This document shows positions 47,332-58,421 of a stretch of DNA of 64,000 nucleotides, in pieces. The DNA is taken from contig CAYMED010000001.1 in the NCBI GenBank assembly GCA_964389655.1, forward strand, positions 1-64,000, read 5' to 3'. The position numbers were made by a program, and so were the translations under genes. This DNA comes from an uncultured Candidatus Poseidoniales archaeon. GTDB taxonomy: Archaea; Thermoplasmatota; Poseidoniia; Poseidoniales; CAYMED01. Position 1 is the first letter of the stretch, and every line of letters begins with the position of its first letter. A model generated the notes under the pieces. It searched no databases and was not told the DNA's origin. It saw nothing but the letters and a program-made list of their open reading frames with translations.

Positions 47332-49845
47332 ATGGGCTTCATTGAAGGGCTCCCGGTCATTGCCGGCATTGCCGCCTTTGCTCTTGCAGCGAGAATTCCC
47401 TCTTTTACAAAAAAAGGGCGAGCAGGAACCGATATTGCATTGGTTTTTCTTACGGGATTTCTTCTTGCGCTCCCTCTCTTTATTTTGAGTATTGACCTTC
47501 TTTTTGGCACAGGAGCATTCCGATACTCACAGCAAGTGCTTGAATCGGGGCTTCCATGGAAATATCGAATCAGTGGCTTATGGTCTACCCGCGTTGGGCC
47601 CTTGGTTTTGTGGGCCACAATCATCGGGCTGTTAGGGTGTTGGCAAATTCATTCAAATGACTCCTCGCAGGGGATGGTTGCCATCCCGCTTTTACTTTTG
47701 TCGGGTGGGATGATGATCGTCGCCGCTAGATTTGAACCTCTCTCTCCCGCAATGGGAACTGCAGCCTATGGTTCGATGAACCCGCTTTTGCAAACCGACT
47801 TGATGGTAATACACCCTCCCCTGATCTTTGTTGGTTACAGTGTTGCTTTACTTCTTGCATCTAAAGCTCTCGTTTTAGATTGGTCGGATCCCCGCACATC
47901 AGATTCTCTTCGAAAGTCGGCGAATTTAACCTTAATCATCCTAACAATCGGTATTGGGCTTGGGGGATTATGGGCATTTATGGTCCTAGATTGGGGTGGA
48001 TATTGGGCTTGGGACCCGGTCGAAACAGGGTCTCTTCTCCCTTGGATTCTCGTTCTTCTTCTTCTTCACGTGCGTACTGTGCCGCAATTAAGTCAAAAAC
48101 CAGCACTCGAGGCTGCAATAGCGGGCTCGACTGGCTGTGCTGTCCTTCTTGCTGCGCTTGTAACTCGCGCGGGGGGCGTTTGGGCATCCGTTCACGCTTT
48201 TGTCGGGAATGGTCCACAGATGGCGAATTCAAATGGACTTACGCGCATCCTTCTAGCGGGGCAAGATCCAATTTCAGGATCCGAGATTGGGTTTGAAATT
48301 GGCATGCTTACAATTCTTGCCAATGGGATGGTATTGCGGGTAATTCACTGGCAGACTGGCAATAAAATGGGCTTAAACCGCCAAATGGAAGTTGCCGCAT
48401 TTTTCCTCGTTCTGCTAATAGCACCAATTGCATTTTCTAATAATCCATCGCAGTCATTGTTCTTCTTGATAGTGATATTGGCCCTCCCTTGGATAGCCTC
48501 AAAAGAGGCATTATCATGCTTATTTTGGCGTATTTACTCGAGAAAACATGTTTTAACTGGCTTTGCATTGGTCCTTTCCACCCTTTCATTTGGTGCATTC
48601 TTGAATATAGATGCGGGTGCGTGGGGCTTCGGAGTAGACCCATTAATTGGGCTTATATCTTGCAGCTTGCTGCTTTGGTGGGGATCCAATGAGGGAGTCC
48701 TACCTCATTTTGCCCCAACATTATCTCTCGTTTCAATCCATATTATCGCAGCATGGGCTGGTTTGGCGGGCTTAGGTGCGTCTTCAATAATTCTTGGGGG
48801 GGTTTTGTATCCTTGGTTAATGGGCCAGGAACTGAATGAACCCCCCCCTGTGAATCATACAGCTCCTATGGCGAGATTGTGGTTCTTGCTTGAGAAAACC
48901 TCGATCAAAGCCCCAATTTTTCTAGGATCATTATATTTCTTCATCACATTAATCTCCTTGTTTACATCAATGGATTCTCCGCGCTTTGACCTCCACGAAA
49001 CCCTAGGTGCTCCGATATTGTTCTTTATCTGCATATTCTTGTTTATCCGGTTTGGAGTTACGGGAACCGCCTCCAAAAAGAGAGGCATTTTCTCCATTTT
49101 CGGGGTGGTTTCAATTACCCTTGTTGGCCTCCTTTTCCTTTCATCTTCCCTCCCGGGCGATTCAGAAGACCTGTTAATTGGGCCCTTTATCCGGGGCCAC
49201 ATTGCTTGGCTAATTCTTCCGGCTTCCTTGTTTGTTCTTCCAACACTCATCGCACACCTTATTCGGACATCTCGCAATGAATATCATTTTGGCATAAGGT
49301 CTTTAATCCAAAAAATAGGGCCACACATTGCCCATTTTGGTATGGTGTTATTCATAATTGGGCACGTATTTTCCACAACACTTGTTGCTAGGGGCGCCCT
49401 CAACCATGTTGTTACTTTGACAAAAGATGTTCCGTTGGAGGTGGATGGGAGGTCATTGACATTCACTGGAATTGAAGTCATTCCAGATGAATCTCCTTCA
49501 TTTGACGAGAGATTTGACGTGGGTGAAGGGTATGTTGGCGTGATGGTCAAAGTCGATGGTGAGTCCGACTTGCTTCAGCCTGGTGTGATTAGATTTGACA
49601 GGCCAAATGGACTTATTTCAACTAGATCTGAAGTTGCTCGTTCATCCGATGTCATGGGCACCACAGTTGTTGTTCTAGATTCAGAACAAGCATCGGAATT
49701 GATGCGTTCATCGATGTTTGGGGAAGATGTAGAGAGGGTGAGGCTGACTGTTTATTCCCTCCCGTTCAATTGGATGATTTGGGGTGGGTGGCTCCTTTTG
49801 ATTGTAGGAATGGCTCCCAGATTACTTGGTGAGCCTCCTAAATGA
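47332..49845 (+). CDS. ccmF: Cytochrome c biogenesis heme lyase CcmF/NrfE-like
   Basis: MNPLLQ, IHPP, WWD domain WGGYWAWDPVETGSLLPW, LLH, SVHAF, AHFG, and C-terminal P...IW.G. Confidence 0.85.
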   Translation: MGFIEGLPVIAGIAAFALAARIPSFTKKGRAGTDIALVFLTGFLLALPLFILSIDLLFGTGAFRYSQQVLESGLPWKYRISGLWSTRVGPLVLWATIIGLLGCWQIHSNDSSQGMVAIPLLLLSGGMMIVAARFEPLSPAMGTAAYGSMNPLLQTDLMVIHPPLIFVGYSVALLLASKALVLDWSDPRTSDSLRKSANLTLIILTIGIGLGGLWAFMVLDWGGYWAWDPVETGSLLPWILVLLLLHVRTVPQLSQKPALEAAIAGSTGCAVLLAALVTRAGGVWASVHAFVGNGPQMANSNGLTRILLAGQDPISGSEIGFEIGMLTILANGMVLRVIHWQTGNKMGLNRQMEVAAFFLVLLIAPIAFSNNPSQSLFFLIVILALPWIASKEALSCLFWRIYSRKHVLTGFALVLSTLSFGAFLNIDAGAWGFGVDPLIGLISCSLLLWWGSNEGVLPHFAPTLSLVSIHIIAAWAGLAGLGASSIILGGVLYPWLMGQELNEPPPVNHTAPMARLWFLLEKTSIKAPIFLGSLYFFITLISLFTSMDSPRFDLHETLGAPILFFICIFLFIRFGVTGTASKKRGIFSIFGVVSITLVGLLFLSSSLPGDSEDLLIGPFIRGHIAWLILPASLFVLPTLIAHLIRTSRNEYHFGIRSLIQKIGPHIAHFGMVLFIIGHVFSTTLVARGALNHVVTLTKDVPLEVDGRSLTFTGIEVIPDESPSFDERFDVGEGYVGVMVKVDGESDLLQPGVIRFDRPNGLISTRSEVARSSDVMGTTVVVLDSEQASELMRSSMFGEDVERVRLTVYSLPFNWMIWGGWLLLIVGMAPRLLGEPPK

Positions 49846-49924
49846 CGATCAAGAGTTTTTGATAGATGGTCTTTCTTTCCGGTTTCCTGATATATCAACA
49901 GCCTTCCGGCACGTCGGCGATAGT

Positions 49925-50629
49925 ATGGAGGATGGCTCCGTTGTGCGGGTTGAGTATGCCTTATTTGATGCAGATTCAGATGCCCTGATTGAGACGAACA
50001 AGGAATCAATTGCGAAAGATCATGAGCGATATGAGGAGAATCACAATTATGCTCCAATGCTCGTCGTTATCGGTTCTGGACGCTTAATAGAGGGTTTTGA
50101 TGAACACCTTTCAAGCGCTGAAGTGGGTCAATCACAATCAATAATCATCCCTCCTGAAAAGGGATATGGTGTGAGCGATTCTGAATTGATAAAAACGATT
50201 TCCCTCGACAAATTGGCGGCTCAAAATAGAGATGTGGAGCATGTTGGAATCGGCTCGCCGATCTATGTTGATGGCCGCGTTGGCACGTTGACTTTCGTCG
50301 CGGCGGGCCGTGCCCGGGTAGATTTCAATCACCCTCTTGCGGGTAAAACTCTGAAGTACGAATATGAAGTGGTGGAATTAATTGAAGAAGAGACCTCGCG
50401 TTTGACTGCACTTTTGGAGGCTGAAAGCAACCATTCAGGATTTGAAGTTGAGATTGCTGATGGTGAGGCCTCAATCACCCTCCCCCCGGCCGTTCGGTAT
50501 GATCATAATTGGTCCAGTGTTAAGCCTCGCATCATCAATCTACTTCGTGAGCACCTAGACGCCTCTCGCATTGTCCTGCGCGAGGTCTATGAGACACCCA
50601 CTGCCTCGGCTCAGGATGAAGAGGAGTGA
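49925..50629 (+). CDS. slyD: Long-type FKBP peptidyl-prolyl isomerase (SlyD-like)
   Basis: LIEGFDE.L, IPPEKGYG, VDFNHPLAGKTL and an archaeal C-terminal domain. Confidence 0.88.
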   Translation: MEDGSVVRVEYALFDADSDALIETNKESIAKDHERYEENHNYAPMLVVIGSGRLIEGFDEHLSSAEVGQSQSIIIPPEKGYGVSDSELIKTISLDKLAAQNRDVEHVGIGSPIYVDGRVGTLTFVAAGRARVDFNHPLAGKTLKYEYEVVELIEEETSRLTALLEAESNHSGFEVEIADGEASITLPPAVRYDHNWSSVKPRIINLLREHLDASRIVLREVYETPTASAQDEEE

Positions 50630-50632
50630 TCT

Positions 50633-51961
50633 GTGGGCCCCAGTGAATCGTCGGCTGCGATGAATTCGGAGAGCGAGCCACTTACGGCGATCGAATGGGC
50701 CTTGATTTTCGTTTTACTTTTATTGGGTATTTTGGTTGTGCAACAATTAGTTACGCCCGCGGCATCCCGAATTGAATTTGTTGAGACAGCTTTTGTGTCT
50801 CCTTTCACAGATGATCTAGGCGCGAAGGACGGGGATTATAACTGGGCTAATACGGCAGTTTATGCTGGCGTGTTGATCAGTTCAGTTGTGGTTATTGCTG
50901 GTTTACTGCGAATTGCGGGAATTGGGGCGGACGATCGCCTTTTGTTGGCTATGACTCCATGGGTTGTTTGGGCCGCACTTGCTCGTGTGCTGGAAGATAC
51001 GGGCTTCCAAATTGGTTCAAATGCCGCCTTGTTTATCTCGCCAGCGATTCATTTTCACACTGCAGCGTGGGTGTCTTCTTGCTTATTTCTTGGTTCGATG
51101 ATTGTTAAATCACCACCTATGAGGGCGCATTTAGTTGAAAAACACGAATCTCAGAGGGCATCCCTAGTTGCGACAATACTTGTTTGCATTCATTTTTTCC
51201 TAGTGATTCGGCCGAACCTATTAATTGGTCGCGGGATTCATCTGGAGTTGCTGGGTTTTATTGGATTATTTGTGGGGGTAATTTCTCCTTGGTATGTGTC
51301 TCCTCGATTCCATCACCGCAGCCGCGTATCTGAAACACTGTTGCTGTCTACAGGGGTTGGGGCGTCTGCCTCGATTATGGGTATACTCTTACAATATGTG
51401 TTCTCTCCTTGGTCAGTTTCCAGCGGCGGATCTGTCTTCATAATCGCCCTTCCTGTAATTTTTTCAATTGGGATTTGTTCTATAATGGTAGTGAAGACCC
51501 GCAAAGATCGTGAAGAACTCGCTTTCCATGGCTTGATTCCGGGGGTACTCCCTCGTGGTATAACAATGGCGAAATGGATGGATGGTGAAAGTTCTTCAAA
51601 ACCGGTAATCGAATCCCATTCATCGAGGGCAGCATTGGGGAGCCCCATGGTGGTCTTGCCCGTTTTAGGTCAACTTCTTGATGGTTCGGCGACTTGGATT
51701 GGGATTGATTTTTTGGGCTATTCGGAGAAACATGTTGTCGGCAGTCAAATCATGCTTTTTGGTCAAAATTACTTGTGGGATGGGGGTTGGCTTTTCTTTG
51801 TTGTAAAAATAGGGATGGCGGCACTTGTAGGGTGGGTATTGGCCGCCAATTTAGTCGAACATAGGCAAAGGCATTTGCGGCTATTGATCAGCCTCGCTCT
51901 AATGGCGGTTGGCTTGGCCCCCGGGATACGTGACTTGGGGCGGATTGCTCTTGGTGTATAG
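50633..51961 (+). CDS. DUF63-family multi-pass membrane protein
   Basis: YNWANT..YA, RVLED, FISP.I, LDG.ATWIGID..GYSEKHV and GLAPGIRD. Confidence 0.75.
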   Translation: MGPSESSAAMNSESEPLTAIEWALIFVLLLLGILVVQQLVTPAASRIEFVETAFVSPFTDDLGAKDGDYNWANTAVYAGVLISSVVVIAGLLRIAGIGADDRLLLAMTPWVVWAALARVLEDTGFQIGSNAALFISPAIHFHTAAWVSSCLFLGSMIVKSPPMRAHLVEKHESQRASLVATILVCIHFFLVIRPNLLIGRGIHLELLGFIGLFVGVISPWYVSPRFHHRSRVSETLLLSTGVGASASIMGILLQYVFSPWSVSSGGSVFIIALPVIFSIGICSIMVVKTRKDREELAFHGLIPGVLPRGITMAKWMDGESSSKPVIESHSSRAALGSPMVVLPVLGQLLDGSATWIGIDFLGYSEKHVVGSQIMLFGQNYLWDGGWLFFVVKIGMAALVGWVLAANLVEHRQRHLRLLISLALMAVGLAPGIRDLGRIALGV

Positions 51962-51983
51962 TGAAATATTGTAGTGTGATTAA

Positions 51984-53591
51984 ATGAAACGTCTTAACTC
52001 TTCCTTGGTAAAAGATGATGCTTTTTTGCGCAGGGGGGAACATCATTCGCGCCTTCTCTCTCAATTGGAGTCTTCCTTGGAAACGGCCAGGGGTGGTGGT
52101 GGCGAACGCGCGATCCAACGCCACCTTGCCCGTGGTAAGACTTTACCTCGCGAACGAATTGATGCGATACGAGATGAGGGGACTTCCTTCCTAGAATTAT
52201 CCCCTATGGCGGCAAATGGGATGTATGGTGGCTCGGCACATTCTGCAGGCATAATAACGGGAATTGGCAGTGTTCATGGCCAACCATGCGTCTTCGTCGC
52301 AAATGATGCGACAGTCAAAGGGGGTTCGTATTATCCCATGACCGTGAAAAAACACCTTCGGGCCCAGCAAATAGCCGAGGAAAATCACTTGCCTTGCATA
52401 TATCTTGTGGATTCAGGCGGCGCATTCCTCCCCCTACAAGGTGAAGTATTTCCAGATCGTGAGCATTTTGGGCGAATTTTCCATAATCAAGCTATTATGT
52501 CCTCAAAAGGAATAGCGCAAATTTCAGCAGTTCTTGGCTCATGCACGGCGGGGGGTGCCTATGTTCCTGCAATGTCTGATGAGAGCATCATCGTCAAAGG
52601 GAATGGGACGATTTTTCTTGCTGGTCCCCCTTTGGTGAAGGCAGCTACGGGGGAAGAAGTGTCTGCTGAGGACTTGGGTGGTGCGGATTTGCATACGAGG
52701 CAATCGGGCGTTGCAGACCATTTTGCCAACAGTGAACCCGAGGCGCTTGGCATAGTCCGTGACATTGTCGAGAATTTGAATAGAAAACAATTAGATCAAG
52801 GGGCTTTTGTTCCTACAGAAGATCCAATCTATGATGCTGATGAAATTTTGGGAATTCTCCCGGAAGATAGTCGGACTCCATATGATGTCCGTGAGGTTAT
52901 TGCACGTATTGTTGATGGGTCTAGGTTTCACGAATTCAAAGAGAGGTATGGGGTAACGCTGGTTTGTGGATTTGCCCGCATCCATGGTATGTCTGTTGGG
53001 ATTGTGGCGAACAATGGCATCCTATTCTCTGAATCAGCTCTGAAGGGCTCACATTTCGTTGAATTATGTGGGCAACGTGACATCCCCTTGGTGTTCTTGC
53101 AAAATATTACTGGATTTATGGTGGGGCGAGAATATGAGGCTGGCGGTATTGCAAAAGATGGTGCAAAACTCGTAACTGCGGTCTCGTGCGTTCCCGTGCC
53201 AAAATTCACCGTCATTATTGGTGGTTCGCACGGGGCGGGGAATTATGGGATGTGTGGGCGGGCATATGATCCCCGCTTCTTGTTTATGTGGCCGAACTCT
53301 CGCATTTCAGTAATGGGTGGCCCACAAGCCGCTGATGTCTTGGCCACGGTGAAACAGGACCAGTTGCGGAATTCTGGCGAGGGTGTCATGACTGCTGCTG
53401 AATTGGATGAATTTCGAGCACCGATCCTAGAGAAGTATGAGTCAGAGGGTTCTCCTGCATATTCAACAGCGCGCTTATGGGATGACGGCGTTATTGATCC
53501 GCGCACGACGCGAGATGTCTTAGGATTGTGTCTCTCGGCCAGTTTACACGCGCCTCCTCTAAGTGGACAGTATGGCGTATTTAGGATGTGA
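51984..53591 (+). CDS. liuB: 3-methylcrotonyl-CoA carboxylase, carboxyltransferase (beta) subunit
   Basis: [40 protein letters not shown] and ARLWDDG. Confidence 0.92.
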   Translation: MKRLNSSLVKDDAFLRRGEHHSRLLSQLESSLETARGGGGERAIQRHLARGKTLPRERIDAIRDEGTSFLELSPMAANGMYGGSAHSAGIITGIGSVHGQPCVFVANDATVKGGSYYPMTVKKHLRAQQIAEENHLPCIYLVDSGGAFLPLQGEVFPDREHFGRIFHNQAIMSSKGIAQISAVLGSCTAGGAYVPAMSDESIIVKGNGTIFLAGPPLVKAATGEEVSAEDLGGADLHTRQSGVADHFANSEPEALGIVRDIVENLNRKQLDQGAFVPTEDPIYDADEILGILPEDSRTPYDVREVIARIVDGSRFHEFKERYGVTLVCGFARIHGMSVGIVANNGILFSESALKGSHFVELCGQRDIPLVFLQNITGFMVGREYEAGGIAKDGAKLVTAVSCVPVPKFTVIIGGSHGAGNYGMCGRAYDPRFLFMWPNSRISVMGGPQAADVLATVKQDQLRNSGEGVMTAAELDEFRAPILEKYESEGSPAYSTARLWDDGVIDPRTTRDVLGLCLSASLHAPPLSGQYGVFRM

Positions 53592-53625
53592 TTTATTGAA
53601 CTTTCCAATTGAAGAATCAATTCCC

Positions 53626-54447
53626 ATGATGGAATATGTCGGCGTTGAGGTGAAGGGTGATGTGGCTATTTTATCACTCCAGCGTGTTGAAGCTTTGAAC
53701 GCATTAAATCCTCAATTAATAGTGGAGGTTGTTAAAATTCTCAATTGGATTTCAAATCATTCGGCAGCAACATCCCAATTGGGAAATCGTGGATTTCGCG
53801 CCATTATCCTGCGGGCAGAGGGCCGACATTTCTGTGCGGGAGCGGATATTGAATGGATGCGTGCTTCAGGCGCTAAAAGTTTAGAAGAAAACCGAACAGA
53901 TGCTGCCCGTCTTGACAAATTGTTTCATACATTATGGTCCCATCCTTGTTTTACTATTGGCTGGGTGCAGGGCGTTGCACTAGGTGGGGGTGCGGGTCTC
54001 GTTGCCTCACTTGACCATGTCATTGCAACTCCAAATTCAAAAATTGCACTTTCAGAAGGGAAATTAGGCATTCTCCCAGCAGTCATTGGCCCTTATGTCC
54101 TGCGCCGCTTGGGCCCTGCCCAAACAAGGCGCTTGACGATGCTTGCGAGTCGGATAAAATCAGATGAGGCCTTGCGAATTGGATTAATTGATCAAATAGC
54201 AACTATGGATGACTTTTGGCTTGAAACTGAATCTATCGTTGATGAATTGCGGACCACTGGGCCAGTTGCAGTTGCCCGTGCCAAAACACTCGTAGAATCA
54301 TTAGAAAACTGGACTGGAACTGTCGATGAAATGAGAACTTGGACTCTTGACTTGACATCTGAAATGCGTGGATCTGCAGAAGGGCAGGAAGGACTTTCTG
54401 CTTTCCTTGAGAAACGCACCCCTAATTGGGATCATAATGCAAAATAG
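53626..54447 (+). CDS. liuC: Methylglutaconyl-CoA hydratase (crotonase family)
   Basis: FCAGADIEWM, ALGGGAGL, SEGKLGILPAVI and EGQEGLSAFLEKR. Lies within the liu cluster. Confidence 0.85.
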   Translation: MMEYVGVEVKGDVAILSLQRVEALNALNPQLIVEVVKILNWISNHSAATSQLGNRGFRAIILRAEGRHFCAGADIEWMRASGAKSLEENRTDAARLDKLFHTLWSHPCFTIGWVQGVALGGGAGLVASLDHVIATPNSKIALSEGKLGILPAVIGPYVLRRLGPAQTRRLTMLASRIKSDEALRIGLIDQIATMDDFWLETESIVDELRTTGPVAVARAKTLVESLENWTGTVDEMRTWTLDLTSEMRGSAEGQEGLSAFLEKRTPNWDHNAK

Positions 54448-54458
54448 GTGATGGAAGC

Positions 54459-55970
54459 ATGTCCTTCTCAGTCTCTCAAGAACATTTTTTTGATACCATA
54501 TTGGTGGCCAATCGTGGTGAAATTGCAGTCCGAATACTTGATGCAATACGTGTTGCAGGCTTTCGATCTGTAGCGATTTATTCTGCAATAGATTCTCAAG
54601 CAATGCATCTTTCTCATGCAGATATCACAGTTGAGATTTCAGGCGATGATTTACACAGCACATACCTCAATATTTCTAGTATCATTAATGCAGCCAAGAG
54701 AACCAAAGCGGATGCAATTCACCCAGGATATGGCTTTCTTTCAGAAAATGGCGATTTTGCGCGGGCAGTTATCGAAGAAGGCCTTGTTTGGATTGGCCCA
54801 CCTCCTAGTGCGATAGATTTGATGGGCGATAAATTAGCGGCCCGTCGCTGTGTACTGAACGCAGGTATTCCTTTGATACCCGGAATCGAAATCCCGAGTG
54901 CCTTGGATGAACATGCAGCCATAGACCTCATTTCATCATTGGGGACTCCTCTCATGCTCAAAGCAGCTGCTGGCGGCGGTGGGAAAGGAATGCGTCGTGT
55001 TACTCAGTTAGATGACATTGGTGAATCCTTTTCTTCAGCACGTAGGGAAGCCCAGTCCTCTTTTGGAGATGGAAGAATTTATGCCGAAAAATTGCTTGAA
55101 CATAGCCACCACGTAGAAATACAAATTGTAGCAGATCTACACGGCGAAGTAGCTCATTTATTGGAACGCGAATGCTCAGTTCAACGCCGCCATCAAAAAG
55201 TGATTGAAGAGGCCCCTTCGCCATTCATTAATGTTGAGACGAGGAATGCAATTTGTGAATCGGCAATTGCAGTTGCGCGATCAGTCAATTACGTTGGAGT
55301 TGGAACAGTAGAATTTCTAGTGGATCAGAATGGGGATCATTACTTTCTAGAAATGAATACTCGGCTACAAGTTGAACACCCAGTTACAGAAGCAATATCT
55401 GGTGTGGATCTAGTCGACCTTCAATTCCAAATTGCAAGTGGTTCTCGACTCCCCCCTGCATTGGCGGGCATTTCTGCAAAAGGTCATGCCATGGAAGCCC
55501 GGGTTTATGCTGAAAGCCCGCATAATGGTTTTCTTCCTTCGACTGGAAAAATAGAATATCTTCGATGGCCAATTGGTCCGGGAATTAGAATTGATGCAGG
55601 TGTCTTGGAAGGTGACAAGATCGGTGTAACCTTTGACCCAATGCTTGCTAAAATAATTGCTCATGGGACTAGCCGAGAAATTGCTCGGCGTCGATTAATT
55701 TATGCACTTAAAGAGACAATTCTCTTAGGCGTATCAACAAATATCGGTTTTCTGATTGACGTGTTAGAGCACCCTGATCAAATTGCAGGTCGAATCGATA
55801 CGAATTGGATTGACCGACTAGGTCAATCGGAAATTATGCCGACTTTAGACCCCTCAATTGCAATTGCAGCAATTGCCTTTTTTTCTAAATCAGGTGCTTT
55901 GCCAACTTCTAGGGGTATCAAGGGCCCGCCTCAGAGTCCTTTCCTGACACTTTCTCGTACATATCCATAA
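54459..55970 (+). CDS. Biotin carboxylase subunit of acyl-CoA (methylcrotonyl-CoA) carboxylase
   Basis: ANRGEIA, HPGYGFLSEN, GGGGKGMR, RECSVQRRHQK and EMNTRLQVEHPVTE. Confidence 0.93.
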   Translation: MSFSVSQEHFFDTILVANRGEIAVRILDAIRVAGFRSVAIYSAIDSQAMHLSHADITVEISGDDLHSTYLNISSIINAAKRTKADAIHPGYGFLSENGDFARAVIEEGLVWIGPPPSAIDLMGDKLAARRCVLNAGIPLIPGIEIPSALDEHAAIDLISSLGTPLMLKAAAGGGGKGMRRVTQLDDIGESFSSARREAQSSFGDGRIYAEKLLEHSHHVEIQIVADLHGEVAHLLERECSVQRRHQKVIEEAPSPFINVETRNAICESAIAVARSVNYVGVGTVEFLVDQNGDHYFLEMNTRLQVEHPVTEAISGVDLVDLQFQIASGSRLPPALAGISAKGHAMEARVYAESPHNGFLPSTGKIEYLRWPIGPGIRIDAGVLEGDKIGVTFDPMLAKIIAHGTSREIARRRLIYALKETILLGVSTNIGFLIDVLEHPDQIAGRIDTNWIDRLGQSEIMPTLDPSIAIAAIAFFSKSGALPTSRGIKGPPQSPFLTLSRTYP

Positions 55971-55982
55971 GGAGGTTCAATA

Positions 55983-56483
55983 ATGAGTGAGTGGGTGGTA
56001 GAAGGTGATTCAAGACCATGGAGATGCTCAAAGGTTTCTACATCGGAAGTATGCATTTCTTCTGAAGATTCTGATGACAGGATTTACTCTATCTCAGAGT
56101 ATAGCGGCAATAATAAATATCTCATTTCCGATGGGTCTCAATCAAATCTTGCTCATGTTGTTCAACATGATGGAAAATATTGGGTACATGTGAATGGAAG
56201 GATTCACGTATTGGTGGAAAGAGATGAAAAAAAAGCGAATTCTGACCTGAAATCACCATTGATCACAGCACCCATGCCTGGTAAAGTGCTCGAGGTTCTA
56301 GTTGACCTTGGAGAGATTGTTGAATCAGGGCAGACGTTGCTGGTCATCGAAGCAATGAAGATGGAACACAGAATTAAGGCCTCAATTGATGGCGTGATTG
56401 AAACAATAGAATTTGGAATTGGTGATCAAATTGAAGTCGGTGATTTCTTGGTCAGAATTGCTCCAATTGGTTTGGATCAATGA
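55983..56483 (+). CDS. Biotin carboxyl carrier protein (BT-like + biotinyl domain)
   Basis: APMPG and EAMKM. Has its own GGAGGT SD immediately after the upstream stop. Confidence 0.92.
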   Translation: MSEWVVEGDSRPWRCSKVSTSEVCISSEDSDDRIYSISEYSGNNKYLISDGSQSNLAHVVQHDGKYWVHVNGRIHVLVERDEKKANSDLKSPLITAPMPGKVLEVLVDLGEIVESGQTLLVIEAMKMEHRIKASIDGVIETIEFGIGDQIEVGDFLVRIAPIGLDQ

Positions 56484-57767
56484 CTACCAACCAGATGGCT
56501 CTAGAATAGATCTCCCATTCATTAGTGGTATCAAAACATCAGGGATGCGAACTTTTCCATCCTGCAATTGATATTGCTCCATTATTGCAACTAAAGCCCT
56601 ACTTGTGGCAATTGCAGTTGAATTTAGCGTGTGAACTGATTTATTTCCATCTGATGTGCGAAATCTCATTTTCAATCGATTCGCCTGATAATCAGTACAA
56701 TTTGAGCATGACACGACTTCCTTGAATGAACCGGCTCCTGGAAGCCACGCTTCAAGATCATACTTTCTTGCAGCGATAGTCCCCATATCTCCTGTGCAGA
56801 TATCAACAACTCGATAATGAATTCCCAGTGAATCCCAGATTTTTTGTGTATTTTTGAGTAGTTCTTCGTGACATTTCCATGACTCATCAGGATGGGATAT
56901 GATGACTTGTTCAACTTTCGTAAATTGGTGAACTCGCCAAATTCCTCTATCTGAAAGTCCATGTGCACCAACCTCTCTTCTGAAGCAAGGGGATAGACCA
57001 ACCATCCGAATTGGGAGCAAACTCGGTTCAATAACCTCTTCCATGAACATTGCAGTTAGTGGATGCTCTGACGTTGCTATTAGGTGATACCCGTCAGGCT
57101 GGATGCCATACATCACATTCTCAAAATCAGATAAGTCAGTCACGCCTTCGTATGCTCTCTTATTCATCATAATCGGCGGCTGTACAAATGTGTATTTCTT
57201 ATTTCGAAGCCAATCGACAGCAAATGTCTGTAAAGCAATTTCAAGCCGAGCCAAGTCTCCTTTTAGGAAGTAAAATCTAGATCCCCCTATTTTTACTGCT
57301 CTGGGCTGGTCCACCCATCCATTTAACTCAATCAATTCATTGTGTGAGCGTGGTTTAAAATCAAATTCAGGCTTTCTCCCGTGGAGTGATTTCTCATGAT
57401 TTTCTTCATCATTTTCCCCAATTGGAACATCATCGTGAAGAATATTTGGTATGCGCATTCGAATGGCATCTCTTTCACCTTCAAGGTGGTCTGCTTTTTT
57501 CCCAATTTCCCCAATTTTAGCGCCGAGATCAGCGACTTCTGTTAGAATTTTTTCCTCCTCTTCTTTATCTCCTACTTTTTTTGCCTCACCGATTCGCCTA
57601 GCAGCACGATTTCTCATTTTTCTCATTTCGTCTGCTTTAGAGCGAGTATCTCTCCATTCTATATCAAGTTGGATTACTTCTTCAATGGCAGAGTGCGGCA
57701 ATCCTCTTCGATCATGATCCTTACGGATGCGGTCCGCCTCTTCCCGGAAGATCCTGATGTGAATCAT
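56484..57767 (-). CDS. serS: Serine--tRNA ligase
   Basis: N-terminal coiled arm, LIATSE, CFRREVG, RVHQFTKVE, SCSNCTDYQ and TLNSTA. Confidence 0.96.
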   Translation of the reverse strand: MIHIRIFREEADRIRKDHDRRGLPHSAIEEVIQLDIEWRDTRSKADEMRKMRNRAARRIGEAKKVGDKEEEEKILTEVADLGAKIGEIGKKADHLEGERDAIRMRIPNILHDDVPIGENDEENHEKSLHGRKPEFDFKPRSHNELIELNGWVDQPRAVKIGGSRFYFLKGDLARLEIALQTFAVDWLRNKKYTFVQPPIMMNKRAYEGVTDLSDFENVMYGIQPDGYHLIATSEHPLTAMFMEEVIEPSLLPIRMVGLSPCFRREVGAHGLSDRGIWRVHQFTKVEQVIISHPDESWKCHEELLKNTQKIWDSLGIHYRVVDICTGDMGTIAARKYDLEAWLPGAGSFKEVVSCSNCTDYQANRLKMRFRTSDGNKSVHTLNSTAIATSRALVAIMEQYQLQDGKVRIPDVLIPLMNGRSILEPSGW

Positions 57768-57851
57768 ATATTAGAGCGCACATGGCTTACCCCCTCAAGC
57801 ATTGCGCGGATTCTACTGATCCAAATGTTGATCATAGAATGGCCTTGGAGA

Positions 57852-57923
57852 TGCGAGCGCCGGGATTTGAACCCGGGTTCCGGCGTTGGCAACGCCGGGT
57901 GATAACCGCTACACTACGCTCGC
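57852..57923 (-). tRNA. tRNA-Gly (GCC)
   Basis: Acceptor GCGAGCG/CGCTCGC, anticodon arm CGGCG-TT GCC AA-CGCCG, and GTTCAAATC. Confidence 0.95.
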
Positions 57924-57995
57924 TGAGAATTTGGGCTTAGTGATCGAGTCTAATGCCTTTCGCCAATAGGCAACGTGTTGAAAAAGCAGCGGTGA

Positions 57996-58325
57996 TTGAG
58001 CCAAGATATGGTTGATGGGCCCCGGCAGATTATCATTGGTAGTAAACCGTTGCATGTCTATGTGGCAGCAGTACGCACCGTCATCGAGAATGAATCAACT
58101 CATATTTGCTTAAGCGGGCGTGGAAAATCAATCCGAACAGTCGTTGACGTTGCAGAAATATGCCGGCGCAGACATGGGACCATTGCGTCGGGACTTCCCG
58201 AAGGAATCCATATTGTTTCAGTCAATACGGATACTGAACAATTGAGCCGTGACGATGGCGGCACGTCATCGGTCAGTGTTCTTCGTATCATCATGGATGT
58301 AGGAATAAGTGATGGGGAAGAATGA
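57996..58325 (+). CDS. albA: DNA/RNA-binding protein Alba
   Basis: IIIGSKP...YV.AV, GRGKSI..VVDVAEI and VSVLRI. Confidence 0.85.
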   Translation: MSQDMVDGPRQIIIGSKPLHVYVAAVRTVIENESTHICLSGRGKSIRTVVDVAEICRRRHGTIASGLPEGIHIVSVNTDTEQLSRDDGGTSSVSVLRIIMDVGISDGEE

Positions 58326-58421
58326 GATTATTTCAAAATAATAATGTTACTTTTTTCTTGGATTAGATATTCCGATTTTCAAAACAGGGTTTGAAGAGTT
58401 AGTGCCCATTCGGCAGGCTGA

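Noticed and set aside
54459-56483. Biotin carboxylase and BCCP as a frameshifted single liuD
   Set aside because: There is a clean TAA stop followed by a GGAGGT SD and an ATG, so this is a genuine two-gene arrangement.
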